Under the pieces are notes generated by a model. That model had not been told where the DNA came from, ran no database searches, and was given only the letters and a program-made list of their open reading frames with translations. A stretch of DNA of 64,000 nucleotides, taken from Trueperaceae bacterium (GTDB lineage Bacteria; Deinococcota; Deinococci; Deinococcales; Trueperaceae). The translations under genes and the position numbers were made by a program. The stretch is from contig CBDCDZ010000004.1 in the NCBI GenBank assembly GCA_965215565.1, forward strand, positions 1,984,001 to 2,048,000. Reading direction: 5' to 3'. Positions within the stretch are counted from its first letter, which is position 1; each line of letters starts with the position of its first letter. Shown one piece after another: positions 1 to 10,338 of the stretch.

Positions 1-1492
1 AATCGCTGCCGGGCGCGGCGAAAGGGCGCGGCGACGCGAGTTCGCGCGCCAAGAGCGCCACCTTCTCCTCTTCGTCCAGCGCGGCGTAGTCGCTGCACGC
101 GCCTGCGTGACGCAAGAGGTCCGCCACCGCCGCTTCGTGCATCCCCGAGTGCTCGCGCAGGTCCAGCGTCGCTAGGTGAGCGCCGAACACGCTCGCGCGG
201 TAACGCGCTGGGCGCACGAACGCCTCCGCCGCGCGTTCACCCCTACCCGCTCGGAGCGTGCGCTCGACGAGCGCCAAATCCTCCAGGTAGTCTCGCCCCG
301 CTTCCGACTGCGCCTCCGACGTTTTCGCGCCCTCCAAAGCGGCTTGAAGTTTGCGGTGCGTCTCGGAGAGCTTGAGGCGGTAGGGCTCACCCCCGAAACG
401 GGTGAGCTTAGGGCGGACCTGCTCTAACCTCTTTTGCTCCTCCTCGAAGTCGTCCGTAAGCGGGACCCTGTCGCCCCACTGCGAGAGCCGCTGGATAAGC
501 CCGTCTACGTCGTCTAGGTAGCGCGTCAGCGCGACGCTAGACTGGAGACCATACGCCTCCTCCATCACCTCGGGCGTGACGAACGGGTTGCCGTCGCGGT
601 CACCGCCTATCCAGGAGCGGAACTTGATGACGGGCGGCAGGGGCGTCGCTTGCTCTGCGCCGCCATTGCCCTCTGAGCCGTAGTAGCGCGTTAAAGCGCC
701 CTCCAGCTCGAGCAGGAGCCTCGGCACGCTCTCTAAAAGCGAGCGCCGAAAGTAGTAGAGCGCCGACTTGACCTCATCTAATACGCTCGGCTTCTGGGTG
801 ACGAGTTCGCGCGTTTGCCACAAGGTGGCGATCTCGGCAACGATCTCCCTCTCGCGGATGGCGCGCGCCTGCGGCGAGAGGTCGCGCTCGCTGAGTTGAC
901 GCAGCGCCGAGGCGACGCGCTCCAACTTGAGCCGCACGGTGTAGCGCTTGACCTCGGTGGGATGCGCCGTGATGGTGGGCTGGATGTCGAGCGCCTCGAT
1001 GAAGCGCCGCGCCTCGCGCTGCGTCCAGCCCTGGTCCTTGAGCGATTTGACCGCCGCCGCCACCGACTCCTTGCGGGGCGCGTCGATCGTCGCTTCGCCC
1101 TCACGCAGGCGGTTGACGCGGACGCGGTGAATCTCCTCGGCTAAGTTAATGAGTTGGAAGTAACTGGTAAAGGCCCGTAGGAGCTTCTCCGCCTCGTCTA
1201 AGCTAAGCTCCGAAAGCCGCGCCTTGAGCGTTTCACGCAACTCTTCAGCGTCAGGGTCCGCGCGCAACTCCTTGGTGAGCGTGCGCACCTCTTCGACCAA
1301 GGCGTAGAGGGGCTCGCCCTCTTGCTCTTTCAAGACTTCGCCCAAGGAGCGCCCCAAAAAGTCTACGTCCGCCCTGAGTTGCGCAAAGGCGCGTTCGTAG
1401 ACGTCAGCGCGCTCGCCCGTCCCCTCGTCTTGAACGAACCGATCATCCATCCCGTCTTGAACCGCTCTATCTTCGACCGCAGGGTCACGCAT
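1..1492 (-). CDS. ppc: Phosphoenolpyruvate carboxylase (5' part; runs off the window start)
   Basis: Manual minus-strand translation from ATG at 1492 (MRDPAVED...) contains RAFTSYFQLINLAEE, TAHPTE and FRSWIGGDRDGNPFVT, which are PEPC motifs. Absent from the ORF track because it is open-ended. Confidence 0.93.
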   Translation of the reverse strand, partial: MRDPAVEDRAVQDGMDDRFVQDEGTGERADVYERAFAQLRADVDFLGRSLGEVLKEQEGEPLYALVEEVRTLTKELRADPDAEELRETLKARLSELSLDEAEKLLRAFTSYFQLINLAEEIHRVRVNRLREGEATIDAPRKESVAAAVKSLKDQGWTQREARRFIEALDIQPTITAHPTEVKRYTVRLKLERVASALRQLSERDLSPQARAIREREIVAEIATLWQTRELVTQKPSVLDEVKSALYYFRRSLLESVPRLLLELEGALTRYYGSEGNGGAEQATPLPPVIKFRSWIGGDRDGNPFVTPEVMEEAYGLQSSVALTRYLDDVDGLIQRLSQWGDRVPLTDDFEEEQKRLEQVRPKLTRFGGEPYRLKLSETHRKLQAALEGAKTSEAQSEAGRDYLEDLALVERTLRAGRGERAAEAFVRPARYRASVFGAHLATLDLREHSGMHEAAVADLLRHAGACSDYAALDEEEKVALLARELASPRPFAAPGSD

Positions 1493-1683
1493 ACGCCATC
1501 CTCTCTCAGCAAAAACAGTTTTAGGAAAACATTGGTCGTCAAACAAACTGACAGATGTAATGCTAGGGTGTATAGATATGCAAAACGTCGCCCTCTAAGC
1601 GTTACTTTGTTAACTATGACACGAACAGTACGTGAAAACAAATCTTTAGCGGAAAGAGCGTCTACCTTCTTACTTCTGCCCCC

Positions 1684-2445
1684 TCACACCTCTTGCGTCC
1701 ACTGGATACGTTCAATCCCTACCGCTTTGCCCGCCTCGAGTTCCAGCGCTACCGCGCAGAGCGTCCCCGGCTTGTCCGCAGGTTTGTAGCGCTTGGGCAA
1801 GCCCGTGCGGAAGCGGTAGACCACCTCATCGAAGCGCAACCCTATAGCGGAGTCGAACACGCCCGTCATGCCCACGTCGGTGATGTACGCCGTCCCCTTC
1901 TTGATCATCTCGTCGGCGGTCTGCACGTGCGTATGCGTGCCTAAAACCGCCGCCGCGCGTCCCGCCAAAAGGTGCCCTAGCGCCCGCTTCTCAGAGGTCG
2001 CTTCGGCGTGAACGTCTACGATGAGCGTCCCCTCCACCTCATCGGCGAGGGCGTCCAGCGCGGCGAAAGGGTTGTCCGTGGGTGGCATAAAAATGCGCCC
2101 CATCGCCTGCGCCACCGTGACGCGCTCGCCCGTTCTCGCCGCCACGCTCGTATAGCCCAAGCCGGGCGCACCAGAGGTGTAGTTCATTGGGCGAATGAGG
2201 CGCGGCGTCTCCTCCAAGAGCGCCATGACCTCTTCCTTGTCCCAGGTGTGGTTGCCGAGCGTCACCACGTCCACGCCCGCGCCCGTGATGCGCTCAAAGG
2301 TTTTGCGCGTGAGACCGAAGCCGCCCGCCGCGTTTTCCCCGTTCGCGATGATGAGGTCGTACTCGTCTTTGAAGCGCTCTAAATACGCCTCTAAGACCTC
2401 TAAGCCAGGGTTTCCAAAAATATCGCCGATGAAAAGAACCCGCAC
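1684..2445 (-). CDS. YmdB/TIGR00282-family metallophosphoesterase
   Basis: Motifs FIGDIFG, NGENAAGG, TLGNHTWD, VDVHAEATSEK, GTHTHVQTAD. Probable GTG start at 2445 overlaps the upstream stop. Confidence 0.9.
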   Translation of the reverse strand: MRVLFIGDIFGNPGLEVLEAYLERFKDEYDLIIANGENAAGGFGLTRKTFERITGAGVDVVTLGNHTWDKEEVMALLEETPRLIRPMNYTSGAPGLGYTSVAARTGERVTVAQAMGRIFMPPTDNPFAALDALADEVEGTLIVDVHAEATSEKRALGHLLAGRAAAVLGTHTHVQTADEMIKKGTAYITDVGMTGVFDSAIGLRFDEVVYRFRTGLPKRYKPADKPGTLCAVALELEAGKAVGIERIQWTQEV

Positions 2446-2801
2446 TAGTGCTTCTGCGCCTCGTACGCTTCGCGCCACGCGGCTTCGTCCCAGCCCACCG
2501 TGAGCGTATCGCCACTTCTCACGAGCGGCTGCACCATCAGCGCGGGGTCTTGGATAAGCTTGTCCATCATCGCCTCGTCGCCCATACGCATGTACGCTAA
2601 ACCCGCCTTCTCGTACGCTTTGCTCTTTGTATCTATGAGCGCGCCTAGCCCCGCCTTCTGCACAAACCGCTTCAACTCGCCCAGCGCAATCTCGCGCTCT
2701 TTGAGGTCTACAAACTGCGGCTTGACGCCCCGCTCTTTGAAGAAACGGAGGGCTTTTTTGGTGTCTTGCGACTTTTTAGTGCCGAATATTTGAACGTTCA
2801 C
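2445..2801 (-). CDS. ArsC/Spx-like (arsenate reductase family) protein
   Basis: MNVQIFGTKKSQDTKKALRFFKERG...PLVRSG, thioredoxin-like ArsC family pattern. No catalytic Cys is visible. Confidence 0.75.
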   Translation of the reverse strand: MNVQIFGTKKSQDTKKALRFFKERGVKPQFVDLKEREIALGELKRFVQKAGLGALIDTKSKAYEKAGLAYMRMGDEAMMDKLIQDPALMVQPLVRSGDTLTVGWDEAAWREAYEAQKH

Positions 2802-2870
2802 GAATGTAGTGTAGTCGAATTACTCTGAGAAGATGGTTCTGTATATCGCAGCAATCTCAGCAAAGACTCA

Positions 2871-2984
2871 TCACAAGAGGTGTTTTTGAATCTCGAGCGT
2901 GACTTCACCGTCAGGTTCTACCTTCTCGTTCACCTTTTCGTAACCGAGGTGGGCGTAGAAGCCTAAGGCGGTAAGGCTCGAGGA
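2871..2984 (-). pseudogene. C-terminal relic of a GNAT acetyltransferase
   Basis: Minus strand reads SSLTALGFYAHLGYEKVNEKVEPDGEVTLEIQKHLL* (GNAT 'A..FY..LGY' motif). It begins right after the transporter stop codon and has no start. Confidence 0.6.
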
Positions 2985-2985
2985 T

Positions 2986-5205
2986 TTAAGACGGCGTCAA
3001 AATCTCCTCGAACTCCAAGTTCTCCGCTGCCAAGACGAACACGGTGGTGGGCAGCTTCTCCGCGCGCTCTTGCAGCGTTTCGTAGTACGAGGTGTAGTCG
3101 TCCCCTTCGGGCGGCTTCATCCCTAAAAAGATGAGGTCCGCGTTGCTCGACGACTCGCGCAAGATGTTGTTAAAGGTGCGCCCGCTCGAGAGGATGACGT
3201 CCGTCTGCGCGCCCGTCCTGACGCTCTCCACCACCGAGTCGAGGTTGCGCTTCGCGCCCTCGACGCCCTTTTCGGAATTTACCACCATCTTGACGCGGAT
3301 TTCCGCGCCGCGCCAGCTCGGGCTAGTGGACAAGAGGTAGGCGAGCGTCATCATCAAGCCGCCGTTCCCTTTGAGCCCGCCCCACCAGACGTCGATGCGC
3401 TTGCGGTGCCCGTAACCCTTAGTCGGGTTGTCGTGAACGATGACGATGTTGCGCTCGGCTTGGTGAAAGGTCGCGAGCATCTGGCAGTAGCGCTCGCGCC
3501 GCTCGGGGTCTTCGCTGTCGCCCATGAGCACCGTGTTGGGGACGAGCGCCCCTAAACCATAGGATTCGACGAGCCGCTCCGCGCCTGCAAAGGGATCGGG
3601 CGCACGCACCACGCGCAAGAGCGACTGCACGCCGCGCTCCTCTAAGTAGTCTTGGATGGTCTTTTCAAGCGAGTCCTCGCGTTGCGGCGAGACCGAGCGG
3701 TCGGTCAGCACGCTCGCGATGGTGACGAGCGCGCGGTTGTGCGAGAGCGCCATCGCCAGGTCAACTAAGTGCCAGCGCTTCGTCGGCGCGCCGGAGAGCA
3801 CCAAGAGGTGCGGACGCCAGTTTTTAGGATCGGGTGTGTTGCGCAGCCTCAGGAGCCCCGCTCTCGTCACCTCCATCCAGAGCCCTTGGCGCACGTCGCC
3901 CCAAGCGGTGCGGAGTTGGCGGCGCTCGAGCCACACGAAAATCGCCACGATGATGACCGCAGCGATCACCGTCGCGAGCGCGTTGATGAGGAGCATGACC
4001 GCGATACAGCCCACCGCGCCCAAGAGCGACCAGCCCCAATGCACCCGGAACTTGGGGCGGTACGAGGGGCTCGAGAGAAGCTGCTCCAGCGTCGCCGAAA
4101 CGTTGAGCACCGCGTACGTCGTCAGGAAGAACATGGACAAAATCGGCGCGATCAGGTTGAGGTTGCCGAAGTAGACCGCCGCCAGCGCTACCCCTAGCGT
4201 GACGAACGTCCCTACCCTGGGCTGGTCCGACTCGCCGCTGCCGCGCCCGAGCCAGCGCAGGATAGGCGGCAGTACGCCGTCACGCGCTAGGGCTTGCAGC
4301 ACACGCGGCGCACCTAAGATGCTGCCCAGGGCGCTCGAGAGCGTCGCCCCCCATACCCCTAAAAGGATGGCGTCGCCCCAAAAGGCCATCTTGCGCATGA
4401 TGAGGGGGTCCTCGATGAGCGTCACCGCGTCCGCGCGCGTCGCCAGCAAGATGGGCAGCAGCATGTAGATGACGTAACCCACCCCCACCGCCGCAAAGGT
4501 GCCCAAGGGAATCGACTTCGACGGATTGCGCAGATCGCCCGAGAGGTTCACGCCCGCCATGATGCCCGTGACCGCCGGAAAGAACACCGCGAAAACCACC
4601 CAAAAAGGCTCTGAAACGCGGTCCGACGCGCCGAACATCTCGATGTTGGACTGCTCGACGGGTCCACCGAAAATCAGCGACAGCAAGGACACCGCGATCG
4701 CCGTCATGATGATGTACTGCGAGCGAATCACAATCTGCGCCGAGATGAGCGCCAACGCCGCCACACCGAGCGTGGTGATGAGCCCCACCATGCGCTGATC
4801 CAGAACGGGAAACACGCCCGCTAAACTCTCCGCGAAGCCGATCGTATAGAGCGCAACCGACAGCGCCTGCGCGAAGTAGAGCGGGATGCCCACCGCGCCG
4901 CCCGTCTCGATGCCTAACGAGCGGCTGATCATATAGTACGCGCCGCCGATGCGCACGCGCTGGTCCGTGGCAATCGCCGAGATGGAAAGTGTCGTTAAAA
5001 AGGTGATGGACGTCGCGAGCGTCACAATGGCGAGCGTGCCGATGAGCCCGGCGTTGCCGACTACCCAGCCGAAGCGCAGGTACATGATGACGCCCAGAAT
5101 CGTCAGGATGGAGGGGGTGAAGACGCCGCCGAAAGTGCCGAGCTTGCCGTCTTGTGGCGCAGGCTCAGACGAGCCAGATGAGAAAAGGGAGAGAGGGTTT
5201 TTCAT
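2986..5205 (-). CDS. Cation-chloride cotransporter (SLC12/Na-K-Cl-like) amino-acid permease family protein
   Basis: LGTFGGVFTPSILTILGVIMYLR, GGAYYMISRSLG, FAVFFPAVTGIMAG, KNWRPHLLV, IDVWWGG; multi-TM domain plus soluble C-terminal domain. Confidence 0.88.
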   Translation of the reverse strand: MKNPLSLFSSGSSEPAPQDGKLGTFGGVFTPSILTILGVIMYLRFGWVVGNAGLIGTLAIVTLATSITFLTTLSISAIATDQRVRIGGAYYMISRSLGIETGGAVGIPLYFAQALSVALYTIGFAESLAGVFPVLDQRMVGLITTLGVAALALISAQIVIRSQYIIMTAIAVSLLSLIFGGPVEQSNIEMFGASDRVSEPFWVVFAVFFPAVTGIMAGVNLSGDLRNPSKSIPLGTFAAVGVGYVIYMLLPILLATRADAVTLIEDPLIMRKMAFWGDAILLGVWGATLSSALGSILGAPRVLQALARDGVLPPILRWLGRGSGESDQPRVGTFVTLGVALAAVYFGNLNLIAPILSMFFLTTYAVLNVSATLEQLLSSPSYRPKFRVHWGWSLLGAVGCIAVMLLINALATVIAAVIIVAIFVWLERRQLRTAWGDVRQGLWMEVTRAGLLRLRNTPDPKNWRPHLLVLSGAPTKRWHLVDLAMALSHNRALVTIASVLTDRSVSPQREDSLEKTIQDYLEERGVQSLLRVVRAPDPFAGAERLVESYGLGALVPNTVLMGDSEDPERRERYCQMLATFHQAERNIVIVHDNPTKGYGHRKRIDVWWGGLKGNGGLMMTLAYLLSTSPSWRGAEIRVKMVVNSEKGVEGAKRNLDSVVESVRTGAQTDVILSSGRTFNNILRESSSNADLIFLGMKPPEGDDYTSYYETLQERAEKLPTTVFVLAAENLEFEEILTPS

Positions 5206-5352
5206 AGGAATGAGGGCATGGTAACAAGTTTGGAGACTCGAGTGCGCGCACAACCTTACGCGAGCACGAGAGGTTTCATTAAGCTAGGACTTCACATATG
5301 AAAAATGTCACATTCATGACGTTTTTTTGTTACACTCATCTAGGAGGCACGT

Positions 5353-6243
5353 ATGAAATCAAACCGTCATCTTGTGAAGTTTTCATCTCTTCTTGTTCTT
5401 CTTTTGCTGTTAGCGGCTTGCGGCTCGAGTGAGCCGACGCCAGCGCCTATCGGTCAGACGCCTATCGACCAGCCAGGTGGCAACACCATTTCAGGAACAG
5501 TCACTGCGCCAACTGGGGGCGATATTGGTGGTACCGAAATAGGTGCTTGTCCCGTTGTAAACAACGCCCCCGACTGCACGAATGTCGTAAGTTTAGTTGT
5601 TACTCAGTCAGGTTCCAGCGCCGCGTATAGTCTCGACGCGCAAGCAGGACAGTCATACGTAGTTTTTGCTTACAAGGATACAAATAACTCTGGTGGAGAC
5701 GCCGATAATGGTGACTACCTTGGCGGCTATCCTACCGTTGAATCTCCAACTGCCGTCACCGCGCCAGCAACCAATATTGATTTCGCGCTGGCAGTCGTGG
5801 GTGGGAGTACGCCCTCACCGAGCCCTACACCATCCCCGGTTCCTAACCCTCCCAGTGGCGGCAATAGCATCAGTGGAACCGTCTTCGCAATCGATCAGGC
5901 AACCCCCGTCTTTGGAACAGTTGTAGCTGCGTGTCCCTACGTTGGCAGCAGCCCAGATTGTGAAAATCTTGTATTTGTAGAACTCAATGCGTCAGCACCG
6001 AGCGCAGCCTATAGCCTCGACAACCTAAACGCAGGACAGTATGCAGTCGTCGCCATTCAAGATTATGATGGCGATGGGACATACGAATCTGAAGGCGCTT
6101 ACGCTCAACCCGTCACGCCTCCCGCAACTGGTATTGATATTCAACTTGCGCCTGCGGGTACAGCCAATTTTGGCGTTCTAAATGTGGATGAGTTGGTCTT
6201 AGAGAAATTCAACTCTAACAAGCTTCAGAAGCTGCTCGAGTAA
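5353..6243 (+). CDS. Lipoprotein with two tandem beta-rich repeats (Cys pair plus Asp-rich loop each)
   Basis: Lipobox LAAC; RBS AGGAGG; repeats GNTISGTV..ACP..PDC and GNSISGTV..ACP..PDC joined by a Pro/Ser/Thr linker; visibly lower GC than its neighbours. Confidence 0.75.
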   Translation: MKSNRHLVKFSSLLVLLLLLAACGSSEPTPAPIGQTPIDQPGGNTISGTVTAPTGGDIGGTEIGACPVVNNAPDCTNVVSLVVTQSGSSAAYSLDAQAGQSYVVFAYKDTNNSGGDADNGDYLGGYPTVESPTAVTAPATNIDFALAVVGGSTPSPSPTPSPVPNPPSGGNSISGTVFAIDQATPVFGTVVAACPYVGSSPDCENLVFVELNASAPSAAYSLDNLNAGQYAVVAIQDYDGDGTYESEGAYAQPVTPPATGIDIQLAPAGTANFGVLNVDELVLEKFNSNKLQKLLE

Positions 6244-6261
6244 CCCCACCTTCCAGAGATT

Positions 6262-6290
6262 GAGGAGAAGAGGTCTGACCTCTTCTCCTC
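6262..6290. terminator. Bidirectional hairpin terminator between convergent genes
   Basis: GAGGAGAAGAGGTC-T-GACCTCTTCTCCTC followed by T-rich sequence. Confidence 0.7.
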
Positions 6291-6315
6291 TTTGCTTGCT
6301 CTTTTTGCGAAACCT

Positions 6316-8232
6316 TTAGTCCGAAGCCTCGAGCAGCTTAGGCGCTAAGTTGTAGGACTCGAGCACCCTGCGAATCCCTCTAGGACCATAACCATACTCT
6401 TCGTGTTGCGCTTTCGGATCGCCGTGCGGCACGTGTTCGTCGGGGATGCCCAGACGTATTAGCTCAACCTCTAAGCGCTCATCTTTGAGAAACTCCGCCA
6501 CCGCTGAGCCGAGCCCACCCGTGCGCACGTGGTCCTCGGCGGTGATGAGCACGTCCGCTTCTTGGGCGATCTCTCTAAGCATGGCTTCGTCAAAGGGTTT
6601 GACGAAGCGCGCGTTGATGACGCCCACATCAGGTAGGTCTTCGGCGGCTTGCCGCGCGTAGCCGAGCGTGGGGCCGAGCGCTAGGATGTAGGCTCTCTTG
6701 CCCTCTTCTAATTTTTCCCAACTACCCCAGGTAATGTCAGGCCATTCGTCCATCCCCACGTCTGGCGCGGCGGCGGTCTTGCCGCGCGGCCAGCGGATCG
6801 CTTTGGGACCGCCCAGCTTTAGGGCGGCTTTGAACATGGCGCGCATCTCGGCGGCGTCTTTAGGCATCGCGACGGACATGTTGGGGAGGGCGCGCAAGTA
6901 GGCGAGGTCGTAGACACCCTGGTGCGTCATACCGTCGCTGCCGACGAGCCCGGCGCGGTCGATGGCGAAAATCACGTCCAAGTTTTCTAAACACACGTCG
7001 TGGATAACCTGGTCGTAGCCGCGCTGCAAAAAGGTGCTGTAGATAGCAATGATAGGCTTTTCGCCGCGCAGCGCCAAACCCGCCGCCGTCGTGACACACA
7101 CGTCTTCGGCGATGCCTACGTCTAGATAGCGCGCCGGGTGCGCCTCACTGTAACGGTCCAAACCGCTGCCGATGCGCATGGCGGGCGTGAGCACCCAGAC
7201 GCGGTCGTCCTTATTCGCGAGTTCGGTGGCGGCGTCGCCAAAGGCGTTGCTCCAGCCGTACGCCTTGTCCGCCTTGACCGGGTTGACCGCGTCGAACTTG
7301 GGTGGACCGTGCCAGTACATCGGATCGGACTCGGCGATCTTATAGCCCTTGCCCTTTTTGGTGACGATGTGGAGCATGGTGGGACCGGGCAAGTTTTCGA
7401 CGTGTTCCAAGTAGTACAGAAGCTGATCGATGTCGTGACCGTCAATCGGACCGACGTAGCGCAGCCCCATCGCGTGAAAGGGGTTCGCGCTCGCGGGATC
7501 GAAAAAGCGGCGCGCGGACTTCTTGGCGCGGCTGCCGAACTCGGCTAAGGGTTGCCACACGCCGGAGAGCGCGCGCTTGCCCGTCTCCTCGGCGTTCTGG
7601 AACCACTCCTGCACCTGCAGGGTGCGCATAAAGCTATTGAGCGCCCCGACGTTCTCGCTGATCGACATCTCGTTGTCGTTCAAGATGATGGTCATCTTAG
7701 GTTTGACGTGCCCGATCTGGTTCAAGGCCGCTAACGCCTCGCCGCCCGTAAGCGCGCCGTCGCCGATGACTGCGAGCACGCTGTAGGGGTCTTTGCGTGC
7801 GTCGCGGGCGAGCGCCATGCCGAAGGCCGCGGCTAAACTCGTGCTGGCGTGACCGACGGTCAGCGCGTCGTGCGGTGACTCGGACGAGGTCGTGAAGCCC
7901 GCCAGACCGCCCGGTTTGCGAATCGTGTCGATGCGGTCTTTGCGCCCTGTGATGATCTTGTGCCCGTAAGTCTGATGCCCTACATCCCACACGATGCGGT
8001 CATGCGCGGTGTTGTAGAGGTGGTGGAGCGCGACAGTTAGCTCGACCGCGCCTAAGCTCGAGGCTAGATGCCCCCCGCCCAGCGCACACACCCGCACAAT
8101 CTCGCTACGCAGTTCGTCCGCGAGTTGGTGGAGTTCGCTGCGCCCGAGCGCTGTGACGTCGTCCGTGCTGTTGACGCGCTCAAGAACAGACACGAGCATT
8201 CCAACAAGAGAACCGAAAGGAATTAGTGACAT
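6316..8232 (-). CDS. dxs: 1-deoxy-D-xylulose-5-phosphate synthase
   Basis: GGHLASSLGAVEL, WDVGHQTYGHK, GDGALTGG..LNDNEMSI, YSTFLQRGYDQ. The start may be ATG at 8199. Confidence 0.96.
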   Translation of the reverse strand: MSLIPFGSLVGMLVSVLERVNSTDDVTALGRSELHQLADELRSEIVRVCALGGGHLASSLGAVELTVALHHLYNTAHDRIVWDVGHQTYGHKIITGRKDRIDTIRKPGGLAGFTTSSESPHDALTVGHASTSLAAAFGMALARDARKDPYSVLAVIGDGALTGGEALAALNQIGHVKPKMTIILNDNEMSISENVGALNSFMRTLQVQEWFQNAEETGKRALSGVWQPLAEFGSRAKKSARRFFDPASANPFHAMGLRYVGPIDGHDIDQLLYYLEHVENLPGPTMLHIVTKKGKGYKIAESDPMYWHGPPKFDAVNPVKADKAYGWSNAFGDAATELANKDDRVWVLTPAMRIGSGLDRYSEAHPARYLDVGIAEDVCVTTAAGLALRGEKPIIAIYSTFLQRGYDQVIHDVCLENLDVIFAIDRAGLVGSDGMTHQGVYDLAYLRALPNMSVAMPKDAAEMRAMFKAALKLGGPKAIRWPRGKTAAAPDVGMDEWPDITWGSWEKLEEGKRAYILALGPTLGYARQAAEDLPDVGVINARFVKPFDEAMLREIAQEADVLITAEDHVRTGGLGSAVAEFLKDERLEVELIRLGIPDEHVPHGDPKAQHEEYGYGPRGIRRVLESYNLAPKLLEASD

Positions 8233-8504
8233 TATAGTGCATACGTCATCCTATCAGGGAGGCGCGCCCTAGCTATGTGTGGCGACCTCCGGTTGAGGCT
8301 AAATGAGCCGTCTTCGCGTTGAAGACTTTAGCCGTCTTGTACGGCGGCACTTGCGCAGTGATACGGACTCGGGGGCGAACCTCTTACGAGCGAATACCGA
8401 CGTAACCGACGTAGTTGAGCACCCGGTAGGAGAAAGCTTAGGTGAGAATTCCTCTACCTTCTCTATCCCGCCAATCCCTTTGTAGAGGGCTCGAGGCCCA
8501 GCGC

Positions 8505-9206
8505 CTAACGCGCCTGTGCGAGTTGAAAGTTCGCGTCCGTCAGGACGAAACCGAGTTCGGTGCGCACCTCACCGACGAAGGGCGCGAACCAGATTTCTTG
8601 GCGCACGGTCTCGCTGTCTGTAGAACCCGCCGCGCCGCTAAGCTGGCTCTCCAAGTTGATCACGAAGACGTTGAAGGTGCCCGCCTCTACCCGGACTTGT
8701 CGCCTATCCACCACCGAATAGGTATAGGTGAAGCGCAAGGTTTCGCGCTGGCTCTCGGGCGGCGCGTCGGGGTAGTAAATGCTGGCGCTCGACTCGCCGC
8801 CCCAGCTCGCGCCGACGCGGAGCGCGTTTTGCGCGGGCAGTTCTTGCAAGGGCGGGTCAAAGGTGAGCTGTGTGCCGGGGCGCACCTCGCGCAGCACGAA
8901 GACCCCCTCGGCGCGGTACTGCTTAAAGGAGCGCACGTTGAGACCGCGCCCGACCAGACGCCAAGCGATCCAACGTTCACCACCGATGAGCGTTGGACCT
9001 TCGACTTGCTGAAACGCGGGCACGGCGTCTAGCGAGCTACCAGCGGGCAGATACGTCCAGGTTGCGCCGGTCTCTTGCGGATAAAAGGAGGGCGCGTTGG
9101 CGAGTTGCGCCACCTCGACGCGCCCTACCTCGGGCGCGGGCGCGCACGCGCTGAGGAGCAGGGCGCTCAGTAGATAAAAAGCGAGCAGGGGGTAAAAGCG
9201 TGTCAT
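8505..9206 (-). CDS. Hypothetical lipoprotein
   Basis: Lipobox LSAC; 'VRVEAGTF' and 'WFAPFVGEV' motifs of a beta-rich exported family; TACATT -10 box 6 nt upstream of ATG. Confidence 0.75.
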   Translation of the reverse strand: MTRFYPLLAFYLLSALLLSACAPAPEVGRVEVAQLANAPSFYPQETGATWTYLPAGSSLDAVPAFQQVEGPTLIGGERWIAWRLVGRGLNVRSFKQYRAEGVFVLREVRPGTQLTFDPPLQELPAQNALRVGASWGGESSASIYYPDAPPESQRETLRFTYTYSVVDRRQVRVEAGTFNVFVINLESQLSGAAGSTDSETVRQEIWFAPFVGEVRTELGFVLTDANFQLAQAR

Positions 9207-9258
9207 GGTTTCAATGTACCGTGACCTATTTAAGGTGCATTGAAGAATTTCACATTGA

Positions 9259-9394
9259 TAGCAGGTATCATCTGGTCTGAAACACTCTCACTGTAGAGAA
9301 CATTGATGCGCACCCACTCTCGGAGATGAAGTTCCGCTAGTCCTTGCGGACAGAGACCTGCGCTCATCCATCTCAACACGTTGTGGAACCGCTG
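9259..9394 (+). mobile_element. MITE-like dispersed element, family 1, copy A
   Basis: Starts TAGCAGGTATCATCTGGTCTGAAACACTCTCACT and ends ...TGGAACCGCTG, colinear with the copies at 46559 and 49645. Confidence 0.75.
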
Positions 9395-9576
9395 AAGGTC
9401 AATGGAGACAAGATTTGCGGAGATAGCGTGAGTTGTTAGCAGAAGGTAGTCAGAATTCGGCAGTCGGTAGAAACGCCGGATTCTAACTACTGGCAACCCC
9501 ACACTACCGCCACTTTCTCTAGCGCTTTTTTTCACACCTCACCGCGCAGCCGCTTCAGGGTGATAGCATGGCGTCT

Positions 9577-10338
9577 ATGCGCACCCTCGTCCTCAGCGAT
9601 ATCCACGCCAACATCGTCGCTTTTGAAGCGGTGCTGCGCCACGCTTCTACGCGCCGCTGGGACGACGCTATCTTTTTGGGCGACATCGTCGGCTACTACC
9701 CCGCACCCGAGCAGAGCGTGTCACTGCTTCGCGACTTGAACCCCAAGGTGACGATTCTCGGCAACCACGACGCGATGCTCTTGAGCGACGTAGGCGAGCG
9801 CGGCGAGAGCCATTTCCGCTCGCGCAGCCTCGTCGCGGAGGTAGTGAGTAAGCACGCGCAAGCCCTTTCGGAAGAGAGCGTCGCGTACATCAATTCTTTT
9901 CAAGACCACGTTTTATCCGAACATTGGGAAGCCACGCACGGCTCCCTGACGGAGCAGTGGGCGTACCTCTCGAATTTGCCCAAAGCGCAGAAGAACTTCC
10001 CTAAGATGCAGCGCGACCTCCTGCTGTTCGGTCACACGCACGTGCCCGTCGCCTACGTCTGCGTAAAGGTGGGCGGCAAGGAGATGTGGCGCGCGGTGCC
10101 CTTTCGCAACGAGGGGTCGGTTTACCGGATACCCCCCAACGCCCAGGTGCTCTTCAACCCCGGCTCCGTCGGACAGCCGCGCGACGGCGTGCCCTTGGCG
10201 AGCTACGCGGTTTTGGACAGCGAGGCGAGGACCTTGGAGGTATTCCGGGTGGATTTCGACATCATCAAGGTGCAGCGGCAAGTGCGCGAGGCGGGCTATG
10301 ACGAGCGGTTGGGAACGAGGCTCGAGCTAGGTCACTAA
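9577..10338 (+). CDS. Metallophosphoesterase family protein
   Basis: SDIHAN, LGDIVGY, GNHD, THGS, GHTHVP, NPGSVGQPRDG motifs. Confidence 0.9.
   Translation: MRTLVLSDIHANIVAFEAVLRHASTRRWDDAIFLGDIVGYYPAPEQSVSLLRDLNPKVTILGNHDAMLLSDVGERGESHFRSRSLVAEVVSKHAQALSEESVAYINSFQDHVLSEHWEATHGSLTEQWAYLSNLPKAQKNFPKMQRDLLLFGHTHVPVAYVCVKVGGKEMWRAVPFRNEGSVYRIPPNAQVLFNPGSVGQPRDGVPLASYAVLDSEARTLEVFRVDFDIIKVQRQVREAGYDERLGTRLELGH

Noticed and set aside
172..1789. Short ORFs listed at the window start
   Set aside because: Shadow frames of ppc, which is the real but open-ended CDS on the minus strand.
8240..8500. Possible riboswitch/sRNA or 60-aa ORF upstream of dxs
   Set aside because: Only small hairpins and a weak ATACGGACTC match to family 2; no recognisable riboswitch core.
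9230..9535. Small ORFs sharing the peptide 'QMIPA' (also the 15359-16129 N-extension, 25146-25427 and 49448-49705)
   Set aside because: The shared peptide is a translation of the family-1 terminus (CAGATGATACCTGCTA), not evidence of a protein family.
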